DNA of 64,000 bases from Hyaloraphidium curvatum SAG 235-1 (GCA_025558095.1 JAIVFI010000008.1:682001-746000); one strand, 5' to 3'; positions 44,945 through 56,345 are shown, counted from the first letter of the stretch. A program made the numbers and translations. Notes: generated by a model from the sequence alone, not told the origin.

Positions 44945-45409
44945 ATGACCGCCAAGCGCGCGCGCGACGCCCGCGAATCGGAGGGCGAGTTCGCCACCAA
45001 GCGGGCGCGCGAACGGAGCCCCGAGGCGGCCAGCGCAGGCAGCGGCGGCGGCGGCCGCGCCCCGACGCCGCAGCCGCTCCCGCGCCACACGTACGTCTTC
45101 CCGCCGCCGCCGCCGTTCGCGCGGCGGGGCAGCGACCTGCCGCGGCGGCAGTTCTGGGACGTCGTCGTCGCGCACGGCAGGCGGGACGACCGGGACGCGG
45201 ACAAGCCCGAGGGCGCGAAAAAGGACATGGCCGACACGGACGCGCAGAAGGACGCCCGCGTGGCCTCGCTGCGGCTCCCGCTGCCCCGCCAGCGCACCGG
45301 CCACCGCACGGCCGCCTCGTGCCGCGCAGACGGATGCACGGAACGGGCGACGGACGGCGTGGATTACTGCTTCGCACATGCGGTGGGGCGCAGGGCAGAG
45401 GCCGCGTAG
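44945..45409 (+). CDS. Small hypothetical protein with C-terminal Cys/His motif
   Basis: GC3-biased ORF ending CRADGCTERATDGVDYCFAH. Confidence 0.5.
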   Translation: MTAKRARDARESEGEFATKRARERSPEAASAGSGGGGRAPTPQPLPRHTYVFPPPPPFARRGSDLPRRQFWDVVVAHGRRDDRDADKPEGAKKDMADTDAQKDARVASLRLPLPRQRTGHRTAASCRADGCTERATDGVDYCFAHAVGRRAEAA

Positions 45410-45862
45410 ACGCCCGGGGCTCGGTGAGCTGCTGAGCTGCTGGGCGGAGGATGGCGGCGGCGGCGAACGGTGGTTCCCGCCGGCCGGTGACTCGGACCGG
45501 CCGGCGACGCATGGGCATGGGCCTGGCATCGAACGCACGCGAATAATTGGGCTTTAATGGAAGCGAGAGGGACTATTCTGGCGCCGCTAGGGCGGGATGA
45601 CTATCAGCTCGACTCGAATCACGGAACCAGATTCGACGCTCGAAACTGGGCTCGCCAGCACGCTACTATGATGTACTCTGTACTCGAAGTTCTTGGCCAA
45701 TGTCTATAACTTCTAGAATTGCAAGTCTGTGCTCCGTTCGCGATGGCTTTGAAATTCCAGTCGTCGCTCGCGTCGGCCACAAGATTGGTGTCACTCAGCT
45801 CGCGACCTCATTTTCCCTCCGCTACCGGTCCACGTACTTCACCGGCGGTCAACAGTCACAGC

Positions 45863-46030
45863 ATGCCCCTCCGCATCGCCTCCGTCACCCTCTACGTCGA
45901 CGACCTCCCCCGCGCCGTGGACTTCTACACCCGCACTGCCGGCTTCCTCCCCTCCCCCTCGAGCACCCCCACCCAGCCCACCCTCCTTCCCCCCACCCAG
46001 CCCTCGGGCCCGGCGCTGCTGGCCCGCTGG
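45863..46030 (+). pseudogene. N-terminal fragment of a VOC/glyoxalase gene
   Basis: MPLRIASVTLYVDDLPRAVDFYTRTAGF is a typical VOC first motif. The sequence degenerates after about 55 codons and the frame runs into the amidase start. Confidence 0.5.
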
Positions 46031-46284
46031 CATCGCCGGCAAAACAACGGCGAACGTCCCGCCGGCCGTCGCGTTGGTGCCCGCGATCGCGTCTTCCGGG
46101 CGGAAATGGCACCACTCCGGAACGGCCCGGCATGCCCTCCGAAGCTACCGATTGCGGCGATCAGATCGCGTTACGAGGCTGTATCGTGCAGAGCACGGCG
46201 ATCCACGAAGCTGCTATGTTCTGATCCAGAGGCTTTGGGACCCCGGCAGTGCACGACTCCGACTGTCCCCCAAACACGAACACC

Positions 46285-48225
46285 ATGTCCGCCGACTGGC
46301 GTTCCGTCGCCCTCTCGGCCCGCGCCAAGCGCGACTCTGCTATCCCCGCTGCGTGGCGCGCCGACCCGGCCGAGGTCCGCTCGCTGAACCCCCTGCACGC
46401 GGTGCCGTGGATCGAATCCAAGCTGAGCAAGCGGGAGCTCGAGATCACGTGGGGATGCCTTGTTCCGCGGCGGTGCGGCGTGCTGATTCGATGCCGTGAA
46501 GCGCGATGACGGCGGCCGAGGCGGCGGCGAAGATTGCGCGGGGGGAGCTCACCAGCGTCGAAATCACGGAGGCCATATGCCACCGGGCCGCGCTGTCGCA
46601 CGCCGTGACCAACTGGTGGGCGCAACCGGGATTCCCGCGACTCAATCAGCGAGCTGACGGGCCGAATGCGGAAGCCTGACCGAAGTGTTCTTCGATGAGG
46701 CACTCGCCCGCGCCCGCGAGCTCGACGCGCACCTCGCCCGCAGCGGCAAGCCCCTGGGCCCGCTGCACGGCCTCCCCGTGTCGATCAAGGACGAATTCGA
46801 CATGCCCGGCAAGCTGACCACATGGGGCTTCGTGGCCTGGGCCATGGACGGGCCGGCGAACCAGACGGCCAGCGTGCCCAAGATGCTGCTGGACGCGGGC
46901 GCGGTGCTGTACGCGAAAACCAACGTGCCGCAGGGGCTGATGACCTGGGAGAGCGACAACCCGCTCTGGGACCACACGAGGAACCCGGCCAACCTCACGC
47001 TCGGGTCGGGCGGATCTTCCGGGGGAGAGGGGGCGCTGGTGGCAGCGGGCGGCTCATTCCTGGGCGTGGGCACCGGTGCGTTGGTCGATCCCGTCGAATA
47101 TCGGCACATTCGGGTTGCTGAGGCTCACCTCCGCCCCGCCCGACCAGACATTGGCGGCTCCATCCGCCTCCCCGCGGCCATCAACGGCGTCTTCGGCCTG
47201 AAGCCTTCCTCCCGGCGCTTCCCGTACTGCGGCTCGCGCACGCTGCAGTCCTCCGTCCCGGACTCGATCAAGCCCGTGCAGGGCCCGATCGCGCGGTCGA
47301 CGGCCGACGTGGAGCTCTACTGCAGGGTGTTTGCCACGGAGGAGGGGGGGAAGGTGGATCCCGAGTGCTTGGGGGTGGGGTGGAGGAGGGCGCCGGGGCC
47401 GGGGAAGGGGAGGAAGATGAAGGTGGGTCGTCCGTGTTGAAATCAGCCGCGGTTGGCTGACGCTGGCCGGCAGTTCGGCTACTTCACCGAGACCGAGTAC
47501 TTCCGCCCCGTCGCCCCCGTCGTGCGCGCCGTGGACGAGGCCGTCGAGGCGCTGCGCAAGCGCGGGCACGAGGTGGTCGAGTTCCCGATCACGGACCTCA
47601 AAACCGTCTACATGGCCAGCGCGTTCTTCTTTTCGGCCTACCCGGACGAGGTGCACGCGACGCTCAAGCGCTCCGGGGAACCGCTCGTGCCCGGCCTGGA
47701 GGGATACTACAGTGAGCGGCCTGTGAAGACAGAGGCCGGGATGAAGAAGATCGTGGACAACTTCCGGATCCGGGACGAGGCTCGCGCCGCGTTCCTGGAA
47801 AGGTTCAACGCCGCGGGGCTGGACGGGATCGTGTGCCCCGCCGTCGGCGTGCCGTCGTGCAAGCACAAGGACGCCAACAGGCTGGGAAAGGCTGCGTCGC
47901 TGGCGACCTACTGGAACATGCTGGACGTGGCCGTCGGGGTGGGCTTCCGTGTGCGAGGGCTGCGATCGGCAATTGATACGTTCCGCAGGTCGTGCCGGTG
48001 ACCAAGGTCCTCCTCTCGGACGCGGCGTGGCCCAAGAACAGCAAGTACCGGAACTACACCGAGCAGGTTCTCCAGGAGGCCTACACGCCCGAGGACTTCC
48101 TCAACTGCCCCGTGTCGGTGCAGGTCGTCGGCCGCCGCTGGGGCGAGGAGGGCGTCGTGGAGATGATGTACGAGCTCGAGGCGGCGCTCAAGGCGGATCC
48201 CAAGTACCGGACGGCGAGCTTGTGA
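46285..48225 (+). CDS. Amidase signature family enzyme (acetamidase/FAAH-like); five introns
   Basis: Motifs LHGLPVSIKD, KTNVPQ, GGSSGGEGA and GT|DIGGSIRLPA. Confidence 0.93.
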
Positions 48226-48391
48226 TGGACGCCGATGGACTACAGGATCTTTAGGAGCTACTTCCTGCTCTGTTTGCTTTGAATCGAGGACACGAGCGAC
48301 GATGTTGGCTCGGCGTGCTGCGCAGTCAGATCGCGTCCGTTGACGGGTCGTCCGAAAAGACACTTCCTTCCCCCGCTTTTCCCCGTCCCCG

Positions 48392-50080
48392 ATGTGGAAC
48401 GGCGGCGCGCCCGGCGTGTCCGGCATGGGCGGGATCCCCGGGGTGCCGACGCCGCCGCCGGGGCTGCCCGGGTTCCCGGGGTCGCCTGCGACGCCCGACT
48501 TTGCGAGCCCCGTCGCAGCCGCCGCGCCCGTCCTCCTGGCGCGGCCGCCGGGGTCCGTGCGCGACTCGGCCAAGTGGCGGACCGCGGCCGGGCAGTGGGC
48601 CGCGCAGAAGCGCGAGATGGTCGAGCTGCTGAGGGCGCAGGCAAAGGCCGACGGCGAGGAGCCCGACGAGGCGGCGCTCGAGGCGCAGGCCGTCGCGCAG
48701 CTCTACAATCAGTACTACTCGGGCACAAACTACGCGTACGAGCAGCAGATGGCGTGGTACTACGCGCAGCAGGGCGATTCGGCCGGTGGGTTGAACGGGG
48801 CCGGTCCAGGCAATCTGTCACTCACCGTGGGCCGCCTCCCTGTCCCCGCAGCCGCCCTGGCGATGAAGTACGCCATCGAGAACCAGACGGTGGCCAGGCC
48901 GCCGCCGCCGGTGGTGCTGAAGCCCGCCCCGGCAAAGGCGGTCCCGTCCAGCAAGCCGACGTCGGGCTCCAAGGACAAGTCCAAGGAGAAAAAGGACAAA
49001 AAAGACGCCAAGGCCGCGGAGAAAAAGGCGGCGGAAAAGTCGGAGTCGGAAACCGCGGCGAAAGAGGGCGCCGGACGCGCCGAACCGGCCGGGGAACCGG
49101 ACGCCGCCCCCGCCGCCCCTCCCAACGGCCAGCCGGCACCCGCCGCGCCGCACGAGGACGACGACGACATGGACATGGACATGGACATGGACGTGGAGGA
49201 GGACGACGAGCCGCGCAGGCAGCGGGTGACGCTGAAGCTGCCCCAGGGGCGGGAGCGGCTGAGGCTGGGTGACGACGACGACGAGGAGGTGCAGAGGGAG
49301 GCTGCCGCTGTCCCGGATCAGGGGAGGAAGGAAGAGGAGAGGAAGGAAGTGCGCGAGGAGCGGGCGGAGCGGACCGAACGGCCCAGGGAGGAGTTCCCGC
49401 CGGAGCGTCCGAGGGAGGACCGGCCGGGCCGTTTCGACCAGCCGCCGCGGGATTATCGGCCCCCGCGTGACGATCGGCCGCCGCGGGATGATCGACCGCC
49501 TCGAGACGATCGACCGCCCCGCGACGACAGACCCCCGCGGGACGACCGGCCGCCGCGGGACGACAGGTACGACCGCCCTCCCCGGGACGACAGGGAGCGG
49601 TACGATCCCTACCGCCGCGACGAGCGGCGGGACGACCGCCCCAGGGACGATTGGCGGCGGGACGAGCGCCGCGAGGAGAGGAGGGACGAGCGGCCGAGGG
49701 ACGACAGGCGGGACGAGCGGGACCGCAGGGACGACCGCGGCAGGCGGGACGATCGTCGGGACGACCGGCGCGAGGACCGGTACGATGACCGGCGCGACCG
49801 CGGCCGCCGCGGCGAGCCCGAGCCCATCGTCGACGCCGTGATCCAGGAGCTCCTCCGCGAATCCGAAGAGGCCGAGCGGCGCCGGCCCGCCCCGCAGCCC
49901 GAGAAGAAGCCGTCCCACCGCGGGTTCGGGCGCAACGTGGACGACGGGGTGCTCCGGGACGAGGAGAGAAGGAGGAGGAGCAGGGAGAGGAGGAAGGGGA
50001 GGAGCAGGGAAAGGAGCAGGGAGAGGAGCCCGGGGCGGGGAAAGGAGAGGGAGGGTGGGAGGAGGAGCAAGTCGCCTTGA
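48392..50080 (+). CDS. Low-complexity Arg/Asp (RD) and RS-rich protein, probably RNA-processing; probable in-frame intron 48786-48851
   Basis: Long mixed-charge RD/RE region and a C-terminal RSRERSRERSP. Confidence 0.7.
   Translation: MWNGGAPGVSGMGGIPGVPTPPPGLPGFPGSPATPDFASPVAAAAPVLLARPPGSVRDSAKWRTAAGQWAAQKREMVELLRAQAKADGEEPDEAALEAQAVAQLYNQYYSGTNYAYEQQMAWYYAQQGDSAGGLNGAGPGNLSLTVGRLPVPAAALAMKYAIENQTVARPPPPVVLKPAPAKAVPSSKPTSGSKDKSKEKKDKKDAKAAEKKAAEKSESETAAKEGAGRAEPAGEPDAAPAAPPNGQPAPAAPHEDDDDMDMDMDMDVEEDDEPRRQRVTLKLPQGRERLRLGDDDDEEVQREAAAVPDQGRKEEERKEVREERAERTERPREEFPPERPREDRPGRFDQPPRDYRPPRDDRPPRDDRPPRDDRPPRDDRPPRDDRPPRDDRYDRPPRDDRERYDPYRRDERRDDRPRDDWRRDERREERRDERPRDDRRDERDRRDDRGRRDDRRDDRREDRYDDRRDRGRRGEPEPIVDAVIQELLRESEEAERRRPAPQPEKKPSHRGFGRNVDDGVLRDEERRRRSRERRKGRSRERSRERSPGRGKEREGGRRSKSP
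49442..49567 (+). repeat. Seven tandem 18-bp coding units (PPRDYR + 6 x PPRDDR)
   Basis: Read directly from the sequence. The units differ at synonymous positions, and a further copy lies at about 49577-49594. Confidence 0.9.
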
Positions 50081-50263
50081 TGGGTGCGGTGCGTTGCTCC
50101 GGCATGCTGCGGTAGACGGCCGGCGAGTCTAGATGTCCATGAACGATCTAGAACGGAAGAAGTAGAGCTTTGAGGTTTCGTGATCGAGGCCGCCGTGATA
50201 GCAGGGGCGCGAAAGAGAGTGAAAATCGGGGCGTCCAAAACCAACCTCACGAAACGCGCGACC

Positions 50264-51745
50264 ATGGCGGCCGTGCAGCTCCGCCTGAACATCTCCGGCC
50301 AGCCGCCTTTCTTCTTCGACGTCCCTGAGCCCATGACGCTCGGGAGGGCGCTGCACGGCGCCGGGCGCGCCTTCCGCGCTGCGCGGCCCGAAACCGACAT
50401 CGGGGACCCGTCGGGCACCGCCTACGCCAGCTTCCTCTACCTCGATCCGTGAATGCCGCTGGGTGCCTACTACGTCGCGGAGGATGGAGAGATGAAGCCC
50501 GTGGCCCGAATGGAAGGGGAGCTCCAGGTCCGCTCTCGCTCGAACCCGCACGTGCAATGGCCGCTGACCCGAGAGTTCCGGGCCAGCTCGTCGAGGGACG
50601 CGATGGAAACTTTTATCTCGTCAGATTGCTCCAAGCCGGCCAGAAAATGGTCGCCGTGCTGGAGGGGTCTGCGGGGCTTTTCTCGGCCGCGGCAGCTCTC
50701 GGAATCCCTCTCGAGATCTACCTCCAGCACATGCCTCCGAAGCCCGTCAAACCTTACAGCGAACGCGTCAGGGACCGCTTCGACGAGATCAGGAGGAAGA
50801 GCGAGGAAATTCGGAGGAAGATCGTGCCCGCCGAATCATTTCCTCTGCGCGTCATCATGAGTAGGTGAAGCCTGCGCGTGCAGTGCCGAAACTCAACAAG
50901 TGTGTCTTGATTCAACAGAGGACAAGGAAGAACTGCTTCTGATTTCTCCGAGCTTGAGTATGCCGGAAGTCGAGACGTTGATTGAGGACATGATTGGTGC
51001 GTTCAGATCGATAGTCTCGTGACGTACCGTACTAACCGTTGTTCCATCGCGCGGCAGGCGAGTACTTCAAAAACGTTCACTTGACTCCCCCATCCGATTC
51101 GTGTTCGCTCAATCGCGACGGGTCCCTCCAATCTTGCGGAATCGGCCCGTCCTCGACAGTCACCCTCAGGACCGGATCAAGATTTCTGATCTTTGTCAGG
51201 TCGATGGTATCGGGCAGAACGAAAACGATCGAAGTGGATGCGTTCAACACAATCGGGGAAGTCAAGGTAGATTGGCTTCCAACCCCACTTAGCTGGCTTA
51301 CTGCATCCTCACGCTTGACACGCCTCCTTCCCAGGGTCAGATCGAGCGCCTTGAAGCGCTTCTGCCCGACCAGCAGCGCATTGTCTTCGCCGGAAAGCAG
51401 CTCGACGACGAGAAGACGTTGGCGGACTGCAAGATCCGAACGGAATCGACCATTCTCCTGCTTTCGCGTCTCCGCGGGGGCATGTTCCATCACTCCTCCG
51501 GCATGAGGGGATACGAGCGGCCCACGGAAGCGGCTCCGCGCGGTGCCCTCGAGATCGAGTGCCCCGACGGATCCGTGCGCGAGTTCGAGTTCGGCGAGGA
51601 TGATCCCGTTGCGCTGGTCAGGGAGAAGTGTCGCGAGGCGATGGTGCGAGCCGAGGCGAGGGCGGAGGCGGAGAGCAAGCGGGACGAGGCGCTTGCGATT
51701 CTGGCCGAGGCGGAGAATGAGGCGTTCGACGATCTCGAGCTTTGA
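50264..51745 (+). CDS. Ubiquitin-like domain protein (degenerate UBL + canonical UBL-LRGG + C-terminal extension); in-frame TGA at 50450-50452, alternative start at 50453; four introns
   Basis: IFVRSMVSGRTKTIEVDAFNTIGEVK|GQIERLEALLPDQQRIVFAGKQLDDEKTLADCKIRTESTILLLSRLRGG. Upstream exons splice in frame at donors 50528, 50861, 50997 and 51267. Confidence 0.75.
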
Positions 51746-51963
51746 GCGGCGACTGTTCAGAGACTGATGGCGCCTCCAAACGCCGCCTAAGTGATCGACA
51801 CACAGATACGCAATTTCTCCGGCCGCGTTGCCTCGCAGATGGTCCAGCGGCGTGAAGGTGCGCTTATTGCGGTCTTTTGCCACACCCGTCAGCCCCACCC
51901 CACTCCCTTTCCTTTCGGGCTCACTGGTCTCCCAAGCCGGGACGCCCGCCGCCGGCCTCAAAC

Positions 51964-53584
51964 ATGGCCACAAACGGTGCCGCGGTGCTGCAGAATGGCG
52001 CCAAGGTGGACGCCGTTGCGGCGAACGGCGGGGGGAAGGCGGAGGACATGGACGCCAATTTGGATATTTTGAGCGTCCCGGCGGCCGAAGACGCCGAGGG
52101 GGCGGGAATGGACGGCGGCTACGGCTGGGTCATCGTCGCAGCGTCGGCGGCGTGCAACTTTTTGTGGTGGGTTGGGGCTCCGGGGCACGGGAGCCGAGGC
52201 GGACTCTAATGTGGATGTCCTTCGTGGCTTGTCGTCGCCCGTTCCTCGCGAACAGTTACGGAGTCATGCAGTCCTTTGGCCTTTGGATCGGCTACTATCT
52301 CACGTTCACCTTCGCTGGGAGCTCGGCCGCGCAGGTGTCGCTCACCTCGTCGCTCCAAGGCGGCTGCTCCTTCCTGTTCGGACCCTTCGTCGGGCGGATT
52401 ACAGACCGCTTTGGGCCGCGGCTCACGTGCCTCATCGGCGTGACGCTGCAGGTGGCCGCCAACGTCGCGGCATCCTTCTCGCTCTCGTCAATCTATGCCA
52501 TTTGGGTCACCCAGGGCATTCTCTTTGGCACGGGGTCGTGCTTCGTCTCCAACGCCGCGATGTCGGCGCCGCCCATGTGGTTCCGCAAGAAGCTTTCGCT
52601 GGCTTTCGGGGTGGCGGTCATGTTCGGAGGCCTCGGCGGGCTGTCGTTCACCTTCATGACGCAAGCTCTCCTGACCAACCTTGGTCCCGCATGGACCCTC
52701 CGCGTCTACGCCGCCATCAACGCAGCGCTCCTGTACCCCGCTGCTTTTGCTCTCCGCAACCATCCCGGCCGTGGCGCATGGGATCCCTCCAAGCCCCGTC
52801 CCTTCCTCAACATCCGCATTTTCAGCAACAAGAAGTTCCTCCTCTTCATGTGCGGCATCTTCTGCTGCGGCCTCGCCTTCCCCGCCGCCTTCTACCTCCC
52901 TTCGTGGGTCATTTTATGCCTGGTCGTGATCCGCTTCTTACCGGCATTCGCCGCCAGCTACCTCTACTACGCCGGCATGGACCCCAACCTCGGCGCCCCC
53001 CTCCTCGCCGTCTCCATGGGCCTCTCGGGGATCGCCGCCACCATCTCGGGCACCCTGGCCCCGCGCACGGGCGTGCTCAACCTCTTCATCGGGAGCCAGG
53101 CGGTCGCGGCCGCGAGCGTGTTTGCCTTCTGGCTGCCGGCTGGGAGCAGCGTGGCCATGCTGTTCCTGTACGCCGCGATCTGGGGGCTGTTCTGGGGGCC
53201 CGTGTGGTGCGTGGCCGCCTCCTTGGCCCGTCATTGGATGCTCATGCTGATTGCTTTTGCAGGAATTTGCTCGCGGGGGTCGTGGGAAGGCTCTTTGCGG
53301 ACCTGGACGCCTTCCCCGTTGTCATCGGGTCCACGTGGGTTTCCTTCTTCCCCCGATTGTCTCTGCGATGCTAACGGCAGCCCTGCCGCAGCTACGTCGC
53401 CCTCTCCTTCTCCATGTTCTGCAACGCCCCGATCTTTGGCGCCCTCATCGACGCCGGGACGGCGTCCGGGGCGGGCTTCCTGTACGCGCAGATCTGGGCG
53501 GGCGGCATCTACTTCCTCGGCCTGTCGCTGGTGATGGCCCTGCGGATGTGGGAGACGGGGGGGAAGCTTTTCGTCAAGATCTAG
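51964..53584 (+). CDS. MFS monocarboxylate transporter (MCT/Mch-like); four introns
   Basis: Motifs DGGYGWVIVAAS, GRITDRFGPR and WFRKKLSLAFG, with about 12 TM segments. Confidence 0.92.
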
Positions 53585-53697
53585 CTTTGTCGCTGTGTGC
53601 ACGGCAGAAAAAAAGAGACAAGTGGAATTGGAGCGGCAGCCGCCGAATCGCGATCGGACAGAGAACAAAAGTGCATTCCACGGCGCAAAAGCCCCGC

Positions 53698-55129
53698 TCA
53701 CCCCTCTCCCTTTCCCTCCCCCGAGCCTTCCGCGGGCGGGGCGTCGCCGAAGACCCCTCCCGCGTCCCCGAACCCCTCGTCCTCGCTCCCGAACGCGCTC
53801 ACGCTCCCCTCCTCCTCCTCCTCAATCATCGGCTCCATCTCCACCATCCCCATCCCCCCGTTCCCCACCGCCTCCCCCGCGCCGCCGAACCGCGCCACCG
53901 CCGCGCGCCAGAGGATGAACAGACCCGCAGATTCGGCAAAGGCGATCAGGGAGATGAGGAAGACGGCGGTGGGGATGCGGCGGTGGTACATGAACCACCT
54001 GAGCCCCGTGAACCGCGCGGCGAGGAGCAGGCGGGCGGAGTAGGTCCGCAGGGAGGGGTGCGAGAGGAGGAGGACGAGGGAGGCGGTGCGTGGTTCCTGT
54101 GGCGAACGGCACCGTGAGCGGGCGAAGGGAAATGGGAGGTGGGGGGACCAACGGAGCGTTCGAGGAAGCCGTCGACGACGGGGATGCGGAGGCGCTGTTC
54201 CTCGGTCCAGACGCCGAAGAATATGGGGGGAAAGAGCGAGAGGGAGGAGAGGAAGCGGACAGGGCGGGATTTGTGCCGCAGCAGGGCCTGTTTGCCGGGA
54301 CGGGGAGGCGAATGTCAAACAAGAGATGGCGGGGCAGGCAAGAATACCCACCGGCCGCGCCGTCTCGTGGGTGAGCGAGCCGTTGGCGGTCCGGAACTCG
54401 GCCCGGACCATGAAGTTGCCGACGGCGAAGTTGTCCTCGCACTCGGGCACCACGAGGTCCAGCACGAGGTCGTAACGCTGGTCCGGCGTCAGCACCGAGC
54501 GCTGTACCGTTCCCAGTAAGCCAGAGATGCCTGTCAAAAGAGGGCCGCTTCTGCTTACCTTGCCCAGCCCGCCAACGGTCATGTCCAGCACGGCTCGCGG
54601 CATTCTCGGCGCCTCCAGCGGGCCGGCATAGTCGAAGAACACGTCCTGTGTCCAGCCGCGGCCGGGCACGTACCACCAGTACAGCGCCGCGTAGGCGCCG
54701 ACCGCGGTCGCGAGCACGAAGGCCGAGACCGCGGAGAAGACGAGCAGGGTGAGGGCCCCGCGCTGCACGCTGCGTGCGGAGAGCACGGCGAGGACCGGGC
54801 CGGCCAGCGGGCGCAGCGGGCGCAGGAAAAGCGCGCCGAGCTGTCCGCGCCGAGCGGAGAGGAAGCAAGACCGCAGATACGCGAGAAATCGCCGGTTATG
54901 GGGCATTGATAGGCGTCAGAGAGGAAGTTTAAGGAGAAGATTGGCGCTGTACCTCCAGGGCGAGGGCGATGAGCTGCGAGAGCGCGCCCGGCGCCGGCGG
55001 CGGCGGTTCGGACGGCGGCGCGGCTCCCCACGAGGGCGGCAGCGAACCCCGCGGCTTTGAGGTCGCGGGGCCCCGCTCGGAGGGCTCCGCGTCGGGCAGC
55101 GGCGCCGGCGAGTGCGGCGGCGCGTCCAT
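53698..55129 (-). CDS. Seipin (lipid droplet biogenesis protein); several introns
   Basis: YAALYWWYVP, LTPDQRYDLVLDLVVPECEDNFAVGNFMV and LRTYSARLLLAARFTGLRWFMY, flanked by two TM segments. Confidence 0.9.
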
Positions 55130-55439
55130 TTCGGGGGGGACGGCGGGTGAGGTGGCGATCCGGCGCGGGGTCCGGAGTGGCCGCATCTTCACGCGAACCG
55201 CCATTTATGTTATTGAGGTCCGTCTCCAACGCGTTCGATGCTTCGTATTTCAGTTTATAACATATCGATGTCTGTCTGGACGCAGGTGGAAAGGACCAAG
55301 GCCCGCGAGGGCAACGACTCGGCAAGCGAAGGCCTGTATTGGCCGCAGTGCCCTCATAACCAGTCCTCTCCGTCCGTCGAATAATGTCCTGGCAGCCGCG
55401 GGTGGTCCGCGGGCCGATGGAGTCCGGTGCGTTCTCCCG

Positions 55440-56040
55440 TTACTTTTTCTTGTTGAGGTTCTTGACGAGGTCCTTGTCGTGCTCGTAGCTGCACGAGGAA
55501 TCGCGGTCAGCGCCCATCGAAACCGCGGCCCGGGATAGCCACCCACATGTACTGGTCCTCCTGGGCCGACTCGCGCGCGCCGAAGGCCCCGACGCTGCCC
55601 CCCGTGGTCAGGATCGGGTCCGGCCCCTGCGGCCCGGCCGCCGCCTTTGCCGCCTTCTGCGCCGCAAGCTTCTCCTCGTGCGCGATCACGGGGTCGAGGT
55701 CGTGGTCGTGCTCGTGCTGGTACGCCGCGCCGTCCTCCTTGCCCTCGTACTCGAGCTGCTCCGCCCACGGCGGCAGCTGCACCGGCGGGCCGTCCACCTT
55801 GACGCCGGCCTGCGCCATCTGCGCCTCCACCGACTTCATGCGCTTCGCCAGCGCGAGGATCAGCTCACGGTCGTGCTGGTTGAAGTAGCTGTTCTCGAAC
55901 GCGTTCTCGCGGGCCGCGAAGCCGGACGAGGCCCCGGCCATCGACACCGGGCCGGGCACCACGAAGGGCTGCGACGGCGGCTCGGGCTTAGAGGACTTGA
56001 AGCGGCGCGCGATGGCGCCGAGGGAGCGGAGGCGCAACAT
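55440..56040 (-). CDS. Mitochondrial F1Fo-ATPase inhibitor (IF1/IATP family) with duplicated inhibitory motif; intron 55489-55546
   Basis: Presequence MLRLRSLGAIARRF, then GFAARENAFENSYFNQHDREL and GAFGARESAQEDQYIYEHDKDL. Confidence 0.8.
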
Positions 56041-56345
56041 CGTGGGCGATGTTGGACGTCGGGTGGCGCGTCGAGTGGGGCGGATGCCGTCACGCTGCCC
56101 GAAACTCCGGGACTAGCGTTCGACCATCTTAAACGAAAGATAAGTCGAAGCAGCCAGTGCCGATCGCCCTCATCCATGTCCGCCTCGGTCTGTTTGTCAC
56201 AGGAGAAGTCGGTGACGCCTTTCGTTCTCCTTCCCCTGGGCACACTGACTCGGGGGCGCGCAAATCGTCGCAATCGCTTCTGAAGACCTAGCGAGGAGCT
56301 GCATTTCCAACCAAGATCAAGCGACTCTTGCTTTTCTGTGTTTGA

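Noticed and set aside
44110-44945. ORFs 44132-45409 (upstream part) and 44205-44633
   Set aside because: The composition is not coding-like. Only the part from ATG 44945 looks like a gene.
49442-49594. Tandem repeat considered as a possible CRISPR array
   Set aside because: There are no spacers. It is an in-frame coding repeat in a eukaryotic gene.
51760-51800. SECIS-like TGAT...AAA...TGAT in the 3' UTR of the UBL gene
   Set aside because: Helix II pairs for only about 4 bp and the spacing is poor, so it cannot be supported without a covariance-model search.
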